Source of the DNA: an uncultured Acidobacteriaceae bacterium
Lineage (GTDB): Bacteria; Acidobacteriota; Terriglobia; Terriglobales; Acidobacteriaceae
NCBI GenBank assembly: GCA_963834075.1
Contig: CAWIAH010000011.1
Location: forward strand, 476,989-540,988
Direction: 5' to 3'
DNA: 64,000 nucleotides
In this document: one piece after another, positions 9,073-17,438 of the stretch
Layout of the letters: the number at the start of each line of letters is the position of its first letter
How positions within the stretch are numbered: position 1 is the stretch's first letter
The notes under the pieces: generated by a model
Told to the model about the DNA's origin: nothing
Databases searched by the model: none
The model's input: only the letters and a program-made list of their open reading frames with translations
Translations under genes and position numbers: made by a program

Positions 9073-10407
9073 TTGGGTTGTCAACACGATAAACCTTGTG
9101 GAAAACTAACGGAGGTCTATAGTCTTCGCGTTTCTAACTCCACCAGAACCTCATTGATTACTCCCAACACAAATTCTTCGGCGAGGGGGTCTGCCGGTGC
9201 AGGCCGATCGCAGCCAGAACCATCCAGGTCCGACCAGTGGCACGCTGTCGGCGCAAGCTTCCTGGGGTGGACGCTGGATGCGTTCGATTTTTTCGTGCTG
9301 GTGTTTTTGGTGGACACGCTGGCCACTCATTTTCATGTAACCAAGAGCGCAATTATTTGGACTCTTACTGTGACCCTTGCCATGCGTCCGGTCGGTGCCG
9401 TTCTCTTTGGATTGTTGGCGGATCGCTACGGGAGGCGCGGTCCCCTGATGGCCAACGTAGTATTTTTCTCGGTGGTCGAACTGCTTTGCGGATTTGCGCC
9501 CAACTATACCTTTTTTCTCGTGCTGCGCACCATTTACGGAATTGGGATGGGTGGTGAATGGGGTGTTGGGGCTTCGTTGGCAATGGAGAGCGCTCCCGCA
9601 AGACGCCGCGGAGTGCTCTCTGGAGTTTTGCAAAGCGGATACTCCATCGGTTACTTGCTGGCCGCATTGGCGTCGCGGTTCATCCTGCCCGCATGGGGAT
9701 GGCGCGCCATGTTCTGGGTAGGAGGAATTCCAGCCTTGCTGGCTCTCTATATAAGAGCCAAGGTTCCGGAATCGGAGGCATGGAAGCAACACCGCGCACC
9801 GACTACGAATGCGATTCTTCGCACGGTGACCGAACAATGGAAAATCTTTTCGTATCTGGTCTTGCTCATGACGCTCATGCTATTTCTTTCGCATGGCACG
9901 CAGGATCTATACCCGGATTTTCTGAAAACTGCGCGGCGTTTTACCGCCGCTTCCGTCTCTTATATCGCAATTTTCTACAATGTTGGCGCCGTGCTGGGAG
10001 CAGTCGTGTTTGGCCAGCTATCGGAAGATTGGGGCCGCAGGCGCAGCATGATCGCGGCTCTGCTGATGGCTTTGTGCATGATCCCGGCGTGGGCGTTTGG
10101 ACATTCCTGGTTTGTATTGGCGCTGGGAGCTTTTCTTCTACAAGTCGGTGTCCAAGGCGCTTGGGGAATTATTCCGGCCCATCTGAACGAGCTTTCGCCC
10201 GACGCGGTGCGGGGAATCATGCCGGGAGTGGCGTATCAGCTCGGCATTCTTCTGGCAGCCGGAACCAACACTCTCGAGTACGCTCTGCGCGACAAGTTAG
10301 GATATCCATGGGCGTTGAGCACTTTTGAAGTTGCAAACATTTTCATCTTAGTGGCGGTGGTTGCGCTCGGATCGGAAAACAAAGGCAAATCTTTTTACTC
10401 TCCCTGA
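9073..10407 (+). CDS. MFS transporter (metabolite:H+ symporter/sialate-like subfamily by appearance)
   Basis: MFS signature GLLADRYGRRGPLM after TM2 and 12 predicted helices. The start is uncertain: TTG at 9073, with no in-frame ATG before the first TM helix. Confidence 0.75.
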   Translation: MGCQHDKPCGKLTEVYSLRVSNSTRTSLITPNTNSSARGSAGAGRSQPEPSRSDQWHAVGASFLGWTLDAFDFFVLVFLVDTLATHFHVTKSAIIWTLTVTLAMRPVGAVLFGLLADRYGRRGPLMANVVFFSVVELLCGFAPNYTFFLVLRTIYGIGMGGEWGVGASLAMESAPARRRGVLSGVLQSGYSIGYLLAALASRFILPAWGWRAMFWVGGIPALLALYIRAKVPESEAWKQHRAPTTNAILRTVTEQWKIFSYLVLLMTLMLFLSHGTQDLYPDFLKTARRFTAASVSYIAIFYNVGAVLGAVVFGQLSEDWGRRRSMIAALLMALCMIPAWAFGHSWFVLALGAFLLQVGVQGAWGIIPAHLNELSPDAVRGIMPGVAYQLGILLAAGTNTLEYALRDKLGYPWALSTFEVANIFILVAVVALGSENKGKSFYSP

Positions 10408-10610
10408 CCGTGTAAGCGGAAATTGACGAGATTCACCCACAGTTGTGATGAGCGGCACGCCGGTCTGTGACGAGGAACGTAGTTTCTACCTGTTAACCCT
10501 GATTGACGAAATGTGCTGTCGTATGGCCCACTGAGTCTCTGCCGCGCGGAAGAAACTGATAGAGTATCTGGTCCGGGCGAGCATGCTACTTCGCAGCGAT
10601 GAGGTGACGG

Positions 10611-12026
10611 ATGCATATTGCGGTTGTAGGTTCAGGGTATGTCGGATTAGTGGCGGGAGCATGCCTCGCCGATCTTGGTCACGAAGTGATCGTGGTGGAT
10701 AATGACCAGGATAAGCTGTCGGCACTTAACGCCGGCAAGGTTCCTATTCACGAACAATTCTTACCTGAACTCTTGGATCGCAACCGCGGCCATCGTCTGA
10801 CCTTTTCTGATGATCTGCAGGAGGCGGTGCGCGCCAGCGCGGCCGTTTTCATCGCGGTAGGCACGCCGCCAACGGATAAAGGGGAAGCCGATCTATCCTA
10901 CGTTGAGTCGGTGGCGCGTAGCGTGTCGGGTGCTATCAACGGATACAAAGTGGTCGTTGAAAAGAGCACTGTGCCGGTCTACACCAGCGATTGGGTGCGG
11001 AAGATCATCCTTCGCAACGCCACGCCGCCGGACTCTTTCGATGTCGCCTCTAACCCTGAATTTTTGCGCGAGGGCACCGCAGTTACGGACTTCCTCTATC
11101 CTGATCGTATTCTTTTGGGCGCCGACACCGAGCGCTGTGCGTCTGTTCTCCGTGAAATCTATTTGCCCTTGAGCAACGGCAGTTATTATCAACGCTCGGA
11201 CGCGATTCCCCGGCCGGACCGCGTTTCCATTCCTCCGGCCATCATTGTGACCAGCACTAAAAGTGCGGAGTTGATTAAACATGCTTCCAATGCGTTTTTG
11301 GCAATGAAGATTTCGTTCATTAATGCTGTAGCTTCGATCTGCGAATCCGTGGGTGCCGATGTGCGGGAGGTTTGCCAGGGTATCGGAGCCGACAGCCGCA
11401 TAGGCCCTCGTTTTCTCAATCCTGGGATCGGCTATGGAGGTTCTTGTTTTCCCAAGGACTTGATGGCCTTTCGATCGGTGGCCCGGGAATGCGGCTACGA
11501 TTTCCGCTTGCTGGATGAGGTCATGCGCATCAATGAGGAGCAGCGCCATCGCTTTCTGCGCAAAGTCCGCAACGCACTGTGGACGCTTCGTGGCAAACGG
11601 TTGGGCGTGCTCGGATTGGCCTTCAAAGGGGGCACTGACGACATTCGCGAGTCGCCGGCCATTTCGCTGGTGCAATCCCTGCTGCAGGAGGGCTGCACGA
11701 TTTCAGCCTACGACCCCGCCGCGAAGAAACGCGCTTCCGAGGTGCTGACCGGGAACGTGGAATTTGCCGACAGCGCCTACGAAGCGGCGCATGACGCGGA
11801 TGCACTGTTGATTCTCACCGAGTGGGAGGAGTTCGCGACGCTGGATTTGCCGCTTCTCCGGACACATCTTAAGTATCCCATTGTGGTGGACGGCCGGAAT
11901 CTATATCATCCTGCCACGATGGCGGCTCATGGATTCACCTATTACAGCGTGGGCCGTTCAACGGCTCCAGTGGAAGCACCCGTCACTATGCCTGTGGTCG
12001 CGCCGAGGAATGTCAAGACGTCATGA
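10611..12026 (+). CDS. ugd: UDP-glucose 6-dehydrogenase
   Basis: N-terminal Rossmann fold [26 protein letters not shown]. Catalytic-Cys region [14 protein letters not shown]-terminal UDP-binding [26 protein letters not shown] precedes the ATG. Confidence 0.9.
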   Translation: MHIAVVGSGYVGLVAGACLADLGHEVIVVDNDQDKLSALNAGKVPIHEQFLPELLDRNRGHRLTFSDDLQEAVRASAAVFIAVGTPPTDKGEADLSYVESVARSVSGAINGYKVVVEKSTVPVYTSDWVRKIILRNATPPDSFDVASNPEFLREGTAVTDFLYPDRILLGADTERCASVLREIYLPLSNGSYYQRSDAIPRPDRVSIPPAIIVTSTKSAELIKHASNAFLAMKISFINAVASICESVGADVREVCQGIGADSRIGPRFLNPGIGYGGSCFPKDLMAFRSVARECGYDFRLLDEVMRINEEQRHRFLRKVRNALWTLRGKRLGVLGLAFKGGTDDIRESPAISLVQSLLQEGCTISAYDPAAKKRASEVLTGNVEFADSAYEAAHDADALLILTEWEEFATLDLPLLRTHLKYPIVVDGRNLYHPATMAAHGFTYYSVGRSTAPVEAPVTMPVVAPRNVKTS

Positions 12027-12976
12027 CCAAATTGCGCGCGGTGATTACAGGGGGAGCCGGCTTCCTTGGTTCCCATCTTTGTGACGCACTGCTAGCCGAT
12101 GGCTATTCCGTGATTGCCGCGGATAATCTGTTGACCGGAAGCCTCTCCAATATTTCCCATCTCTCTAACGAGCCCGCATTTGAATTTCGAGAGATTGATG
12201 TCAACCAACCCTTCGATTGCGGCAGGGTGGACTACGTATTTCATTTTGCCAGCCCAGCTAGCCCCGTGGACTATGCCGAGCACGGGATCGAAACTCTCAA
12301 GGTAAATTCGCTGGGAAGTTTTCATGCGCTCGACGTTGCGCGGAAATATGGCGCCAAGTACCTTGTTTCTTCCACCTCGGAGTGTTACGGAGACCCTCTA
12401 CAGCATCCCCAGACTGAAACTTATTGGGGTAACGTAAATCCTATTGGTCCGCGTTCGGTTTATGACGAATCCAAGCGCTTCGGCGAAGCGGCAACCATGG
12501 CCTACCATCGCTACTATGAGGTCGATACGCGAATCGTCCGCATCTTCAACACTTACGGTCCCCGTATGCAATTGAATGATGGCCGGGTGATTCCCAACTT
12601 CATGAAGCAGGCGCTGCGGGGAGAAGATCTAACGGTGTACGGTGATGGACGTCAGACGCGGAGTTTTTGTTATGTCAGCGATGAGATCGAAGGGTTTCTG
12701 CGCCTGGCACGAGCGGACGAGCATCAGCCAGTGAATATTGGCAACCCGGATGAGTTAACGATGCTCGAATGTGCCGAACAGGTGCTGAAAGTGACTGGAT
12801 CCAAGAGTTCGATCCGTTATCAAGAATTACCGGTGGATGATCCGAAGCAGCGTCGGCCGGATATTACAAAGGCTCGTACCTTGCTGGGTTGGGAGCCAAA
12901 AGTAGATTTGGAAACAGGGTTACGGCTTTCGTTGCCCTACTTTCGCCAAGCCGTGGAATCGCAACTTGTAAGGTAG
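12023..12976 (+). CDS. uxs: UDP-glucuronate decarboxylase (UDP-xylose synthase), SDR family
   Basis: [24 protein letters not shown]...[27 protein letters not shown] and [10 protein letters not shown]...DGRVIPNF are typical UXS blocks. The ATGA start/stop overlap with ugd implies translational coupling. Confidence 0.88.
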   Translation: MTKLRAVITGGAGFLGSHLCDALLADGYSVIAADNLLTGSLSNISHLSNEPAFEFREIDVNQPFDCGRVDYVFHFASPASPVDYAEHGIETLKVNSLGSFHALDVARKYGAKYLVSSTSECYGDPLQHPQTETYWGNVNPIGPRSVYDESKRFGEAATMAYHRYYEVDTRIVRIFNTYGPRMQLNDGRVIPNFMKQALRGEDLTVYGDGRQTRSFCYVSDEIEGFLRLARADEHQPVNIGNPDELTMLECAEQVLKVTGSKSSIRYQELPVDDPKQRRPDITKARTLLGWEPKVDLETGLRLSLPYFRQAVESQLVR

Positions 12977-13013
12977 TCTTTGCGGGGGGCGCCCCGAACG
13001 CGTGATCCGTCGA

Positions 13014-14126
13014 TTAAGATCGAGTGGCAGTGAGCTGCTCGTCCAGACAAGCTAATAGTTTTCGAACCTCATCCTTGTCTTCCGAGGTCTTCGAACGGAA
13101 GGCAATACCCATGCCGAAGCCCACGTGCATGCTTTGAACCTTGCCATGCACCCGCACCTTCCAGTACTGGCTGCGCACTTCTAGAATGAGCCTTGAGCTT
13201 ACGGCGAGAGGCATTGTGGTCTCGATGTAGCATCCGCCTGCGCTCAAATCGGTGAGAATACAATGCTGCAGGACCGTACCCTCGGGCCGGTAAACATTCA
13301 CACCCACGCGGCAGGCGCGCCGGACTTGGGCGCGACGTTCATCCTCTTTTGAAACAGCGGCAGATGCAGGGCTCAGGATGCGAGGCTCCGGCGACGTCAG
13401 CACGAAGCGCTCTATTTGCGGCCTATTTGAAGTCTTTTCCAACCGCTGGAGTGGGTTGGTTCGCAGCCACTCGTTTAATGCACGCCGGGAAGTTTGAGGC
13501 ACGTGTGCAAAGTGCAGGCCAACCCGGCCCCGCCAATCCTGCCAAATCACTTCTGCCGAGAGCCGTACGGCTGAGGGCGCACCGGGCAAGGTGAATTGGA
13601 AATAGACGCGGCAGGGTGGCGGCATTTTGCTTTGGGAGTGGATGGCGATGCCATCTTCACTCACATTCAGCAACGGCACTGCGGCATTCTCGGTGGTGGC
13701 GAAGGTGATCGACGCTTGCGTCGAAATGTTCACCCGTTCTTTGCGACGCCGATCATGGGGTAGCAAGCTCCAGGCCGCCTGCAAACTTTCGTTGGCACGC
13801 TCGACTGAGATCGGCTTGTACATTACAAACTTCACGCCGCGTTCGAAAAGGTCGCGGGTCTCAATTGTCGTGTCCACCATGGCGACCACGAGCGCCTTCG
13901 CATTCGTTGCGTCGGTTCGTAGTTTGGTGATCAGCTTAAGCGTTGTGTTTTCGTCGCCACAGTCCAGAATTGCGATTGCATAGTTTTGTTCGGCCAACCG
14001 GGCTTCGGCGATGGCATGGTCGCTGCAACTTTCCACTTCGATTCCACGACCCTTCAAGATCTCGCTGAGAACCCGGACGGCGTCAGCATCCCGGGACAGA
14101 ATGAGCGCGCTTAGAGCCATATCCAC
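13014..14126 (-). CDS. Response-regulator receiver domain fused to two PilZ domains (c-di-GMP receptor-type)
   Basis: REC-like N-terminus: LILSRDAD..., acceptor-position Asp in AIAILDCGD, and K in MYKPIS. PilZ 1: RRRKERV...NVSEDGIAI. PilZ 2: RRAQVRRACR...LTDLSAGGCYIET. Both fit the RxxxR...[DN]xSxxG pattern. Confidence 0.8.
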   Translation of the reverse strand: MDMALSALILSRDADAVRVLSEILKGRGIEVESCSDHAIAEARLAEQNYAIAILDCGDENTTLKLITKLRTDATNAKALVVAMVDTTIETRDLFERGVKFVMYKPISVERANESLQAAWSLLPHDRRRKERVNISTQASITFATTENAAVPLLNVSEDGIAIHSQSKMPPPCRVYFQFTLPGAPSAVRLSAEVIWQDWRGRVGLHFAHVPQTSRRALNEWLRTNPLQRLEKTSNRPQIERFVLTSPEPRILSPASAAVSKEDERRAQVRRACRVGVNVYRPEGTVLQHCILTDLSAGGCYIETTMPLAVSSRLILEVRSQYWKVRVHGKVQSMHVGFGMGIAFRSKTSEDKDEVRKLLACLDEQLTATRS

Positions 14127-14306
14127 AGCATGTTAGGTGCGGTGAATGATCGTGGCAAGTTACTGAAGTCCGCGAGTGCAAACCACGGCTCGCAAAGTGA
14201 CCTCAGTAATCTGGAGCCGCGGAGAGTAAGCCGATAATCTCAAATGTAATCTCTGAGTTGGTTACTGGAGTGGTTTTCTCAAAGTTCGTCTCAGGAAGTT
14301 AAAACT

Positions 14307-14729
14307 ATGTCCTCGCGCACCGGTAACTGGATGATCGCCTTCGGTGTTGTCATCGGCTTTGTTGGTTTGTGCATGATGCCAGCGGGCCTGGGCAACCATA
14401 ATGACCGAAGTCTTTTGGGGCTGGGAGCAGCTCTGTTCGGAACGGGGGCTCTCGCCGTGGCCGCGGGTATTTACCTGAAAGCGCTTCTCCTTAGCTCCCA
14501 GCCAACCGCGATAGTTCCCGCAAGCGATCACACCAAGTTAATGCCACGCGGGGCCTGCGATTTATGCCGAAAAGAAGCCCCGGTGGTTCATTGCAAAGTG
14601 CATCAATTTCATCTTTGCGCGAGATGTCTGGCCGAGCATTACGACTTTCGGGCCTGCGTCTACGTGCCAAGTACTCGTAGAGCTGAAACTAAGGGCTCGC
14701 GCCATATCACGGCGAAGGCACATGCCTGA
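14307..14729 (+). CDS. Small membrane protein with C-terminal Cys/His zinc-ribbon (B-box-like) module
   Basis: Three hydrophobic helices are followed by CDLCRKEAPVVHCKVHQFHLCARCLAEH...C, giving spacing C-x2-C-x8-C-x2-H-x4-C-x2-C-x3-H. Confidence 0.55.
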   Translation: MSSRTGNWMIAFGVVIGFVGLCMMPAGLGNHNDRSLLGLGAALFGTGALAVAAGIYLKALLLSSQPTAIVPASDHTKLMPRGACDLCRKEAPVVHCKVHQFHLCARCLAEHYDFRACVYVPSTRRAETKGSRHITAKAHA

Positions 14730-15045
14730 GTTCGAGCAATTCGATCCACATGTGGGAAATGTTCGATAACGAGGGGATCACTATCGTCACAACAGCCGAT
14801 TACGTTACGTAGGTGCACAATCCCGGCATGAACGTTAGTACTTTGACGCTCTTTCAGCCGCTCCATACGATCAGGCTGTGCGGTGTATTCCGCATCGCCG
14901 CCAACGCGGTGGGCAAGCCCTCCCCCCTGATATTTCGTACGGACTCCCTGCTTGGTGGCGTCGAAGAGGCAAGCGAGACTGACAGTTTTCACCATCGCAG
15001 GTGAGGTGGTGCGGAATCTCCCTCAAGGCGTGAAGAGGAGCAATC

Positions 15046-15696
15046 ATGAAGCACGGCAACAACCGTGGATTTTCAATTATTGAAATGATGGTCGTGGTCG
15101 CCATCGCCATGGTCCTGGCCGCGGTTTCGGTCCTCTGCCTGCAGCCCGCGATCAAGGACGCACGCACCAATGCGGCCTACGATACCGCATTAATGCAAAT
15201 GCGGAATGCGCGCGAGCGCGCAATCGAGAATCGGCAGGAGTTCATTGTTTGCTTCGGGCTGGGCAGTCCTGCTGGGGCGCTTACCCCGCTGGGTGCGCCC
15301 GACGCACAGAGTGTTCAGACGTTCCAATGGCCGGCAGGAACCGCCATTTCGAGTGCCGTCCAGTTAAGCAGTGTCGAGCTTCCATTCGATATGCAATTCC
15401 AGATCATCGTGGGTATCCCGACCAGCCCCTCGGCCACTCCTGACGGCTTCGGGACTGGCAACATCGCCCTGGATTTCGATATTGGAGTGGCTGGCACGAT
15501 CCCGAATCAGGTTGCGTTCATGCCCGATGGTTCGGCACGCGATACCAACGGAAATTACAACAACGGAGTTCTTTATATTGCCCGGACTGGAGATGTCTAC
15601 AGCACGCGGGCGGTTAGTGTTTTTGGCGCCAGCGGCAGAATTCGTGGCTGGCGCCTGGTGAGCAACTCAGGCAATCCCTTATGGATTCAGCAATGA
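15046..15696 (+). CDS. Type IV minor pilin / pseudopilin, GspH-FimT-like (prepilin N-terminal methylation motif)
   Basis: MKHGNNRG|FSIIEMMVVVAIAMVLAAV carries the class III signal with Glu5. AGGAG RBS lies upstream. Confidence 0.8.
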   Translation: MKHGNNRGFSIIEMMVVVAIAMVLAAVSVLCLQPAIKDARTNAAYDTALMQMRNARERAIENRQEFIVCFGLGSPAGALTPLGAPDAQSVQTFQWPAGTAISSAVQLSSVELPFDMQFQIIVGIPTSPSATPDGFGTGNIALDFDIGVAGTIPNQVAFMPDGSARDTNGNYNNGVLYIARTGDVYSTRAVSVFGASGRIRGWRLVSNSGNPLWIQQ

Positions 15697-16271
15697 AATT
15701 CCAACATCGACAATCCGCGACGAAAAAGAGCCAACAAGGCTTCACCATTCTCGAGGCCATGATTTCAGCCGTCATCGTCACCGTCGGACTGGTAACTCTG
15801 CTGGCTGTGTTTGCCGTGGCCGTAGGCACAACTCAGACCGTTCAGCTCGATACCATTGCCCGGCAGCGTGCCACCGAAGCGCTGGAGAGTGTGTTCACCG
15901 CGCGCGAGACGGCGCAGATCACTTTCGCGCAAATTCAGAATTCATCCGCCGGTGGGCCCGGAATCTTCGCTCCGGGAATGCTGCCGCTGACCGATCCAGG
16001 ACCCGACGGCCTGGAAGACACAGCGGACGACGTCCCTCCCGCCCCGATCAGTGTTCCGGGGCAGACAGGCAGCATGGCTGGCGCGAATCCCTCGACAGTG
16101 CAGTTTTCATTGGCCAGTTTTCAGCGTCAGGTGCAGATCAATAACGTTACCGACGCCATCGGGAACATCAATGCCAACTTGCGGCAGATTGTCGTCACGA
16201 TCCAGTATCCAACCCCCAATGGCAACCTGCGCAGCTACACCGTAGAGGCACTGATTTCGTCGTACCGCTAG
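15693..16271 (+). CDS. Type IV minor pilin, PilV-like
   Basis: KKSQQG|FTILEAMISAVIVTVGLV carries the prepilin motif with Glu5. ATG 15693 forms an ATGA overlap with the upstream stop. An alternative ATG lies at 15681. Confidence 0.75.
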   Translation: MKFQHRQSATKKSQQGFTILEAMISAVIVTVGLVTLLAVFAVAVGTTQTVQLDTIARQRATEALESVFTARETAQITFAQIQNSSAGGPGIFAPGMLPLTDPGPDGLEDTADDVPPAPISVPGQTGSMAGANPSTVQFSLASFQRQVQINNVTDAIGNINANLRQIVVTIQYPTPNGNLRSYTVEALISSYR

Positions 16272-16279
16272 AGGAGCTT

Positions 16280-17407
16280 ATGAGACAGAATGCGACAACA
16301 CGGCGGCGCGGATTTTCGATGCTCGAGCTCATGGTCGCTATGGCGGTTGGCTTGATCGTCATCGGCTCCGCCACCGAACTGTTCCAGTCGGCTCTGCAAT
16401 CCACCTCCATGGTCACCGAGCAAGCGGAAATGCAGCAGAACGTTCGCACCGCGTTAAACCTGGTGGCGCGCGATGTAAGCATGGCGGGGTCCGGTTTGCC
16501 CCCGGGCGGATTGGCATTACCTTACGGTGTCAATGCAACCGCGTCCCACTATGGGTGCGATCAAACTCCGTCCTGCTATCTCAGTGCAGTGAATTATCCG
16601 AGCGGCGTCATCGGTGCGGTAAATGTTTCCAATTACATGTATGGAATCGTCCCCGGACCTCTTGACGGCATGGAGGTCGGCGGCCCGGCGACCATCCCTG
16701 CGACCGGTGCCACGCCCGATTCGATTACCAGCATCTACGTGGACTATAGCTTTCCGTTGAATCAATACACCATCGCATTTCAGAACACAACCGGCACCGG
16801 GATCACTGCGACGCCTCCGGCGATACCACCGCTCGGATTTCCCGCGATCGTCAGTCCCGCTGGAATCGTGGTCGGCGACTTAATTCTGCTCACCAATAGC
16901 ACGGGTTCCGCGATCGGAGAGGTATCCCAGGTGGCGGCCGCCGGCGGCGGTGGCGGAACGATCACCTTCAACGATGCCGACCCGCTGAACATCAATCAAT
17001 CCACTGCCGGTAAAGGAAATATAGCGTACATCGCCACCCTCAACCCCGCCGTGGCCACGGTGGCCTACCGGGTTTTGGCCGTGACGTATTTCGTTCAAGT
17101 TCCGGCGAACGGGCAAACTCCCCGTCTGATGCGCCAAGTGAACGGCCAGACGCCGGTACCCGTGGCCGACAATATTATCGGGCTCAATGTGACTTACGAT
17201 CTTTGCAATAACTCGGTGGCCGGAACATGTGCGGGAGTCCGCGATCCGATTCACAACGTGCCGAGTTTTTCCCCGAACCAAATTTACAAAATCAATTTAC
17301 AGATCATGGGGCAAAGCGTGCTGACTCTCGGTGGCAAATCGCAGAGCATGGCGCTCGCCACCTCGATCAGCGCGCGCAATCTTTCTTTCAAGAATCGGTA
17401 TCAGTAG
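16280..17407 (+). CDS. Type IV minor pilin, PilW-like
   Basis: TTRRRG|FSMLELMVAMAVGLIVIG carries the prepilin motif with Glu5. Size (375 aa) and operon position match PilW-type proteins. Confidence 0.75.
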   Translation: MRQNATTRRRGFSMLELMVAMAVGLIVIGSATELFQSALQSTSMVTEQAEMQQNVRTALNLVARDVSMAGSGLPPGGLALPYGVNATASHYGCDQTPSCYLSAVNYPSGVIGAVNVSNYMYGIVPGPLDGMEVGGPATIPATGATPDSITSIYVDYSFPLNQYTIAFQNTTGTGITATPPAIPPLGFPAIVSPAGIVVGDLILLTNSTGSAIGEVSQVAAAGGGGGTITFNDADPLNINQSTAGKGNIAYIATLNPAVATVAYRVLAVTYFVQVPANGQTPRLMRQVNGQTPVPVADNIIGLNVTYDLCNNSVAGTCAGVRDPIHNVPSFSPNQIYKINLQIMGQSVLTLGGKSQSMALATSISARNLSFKNRYQ

Positions 17408-17438
17408 GCAGAAAAGTGGGCCGGGGAGTTCTTAGGAG

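Noticed and set aside
12977-13013. GGGGCGCCCC palindrome between convergent uxs and REC-PilZ genes as a bidirectional terminator
   Set aside because: It is a 10-nt perfect palindrome with no loop and no flanking T/A tracts. That is too weak to call a terminator.
14660-14995. 111-aa minus-strand ORF in the gap before the pilin operon
   Set aside because: It overlaps the 3' end of the B-box-like gene by 70 nt. It has no convincing RBS or start and no motif I could assign; I looked for HNH/Vsr-like patterns and found none. It is probably non-coding.
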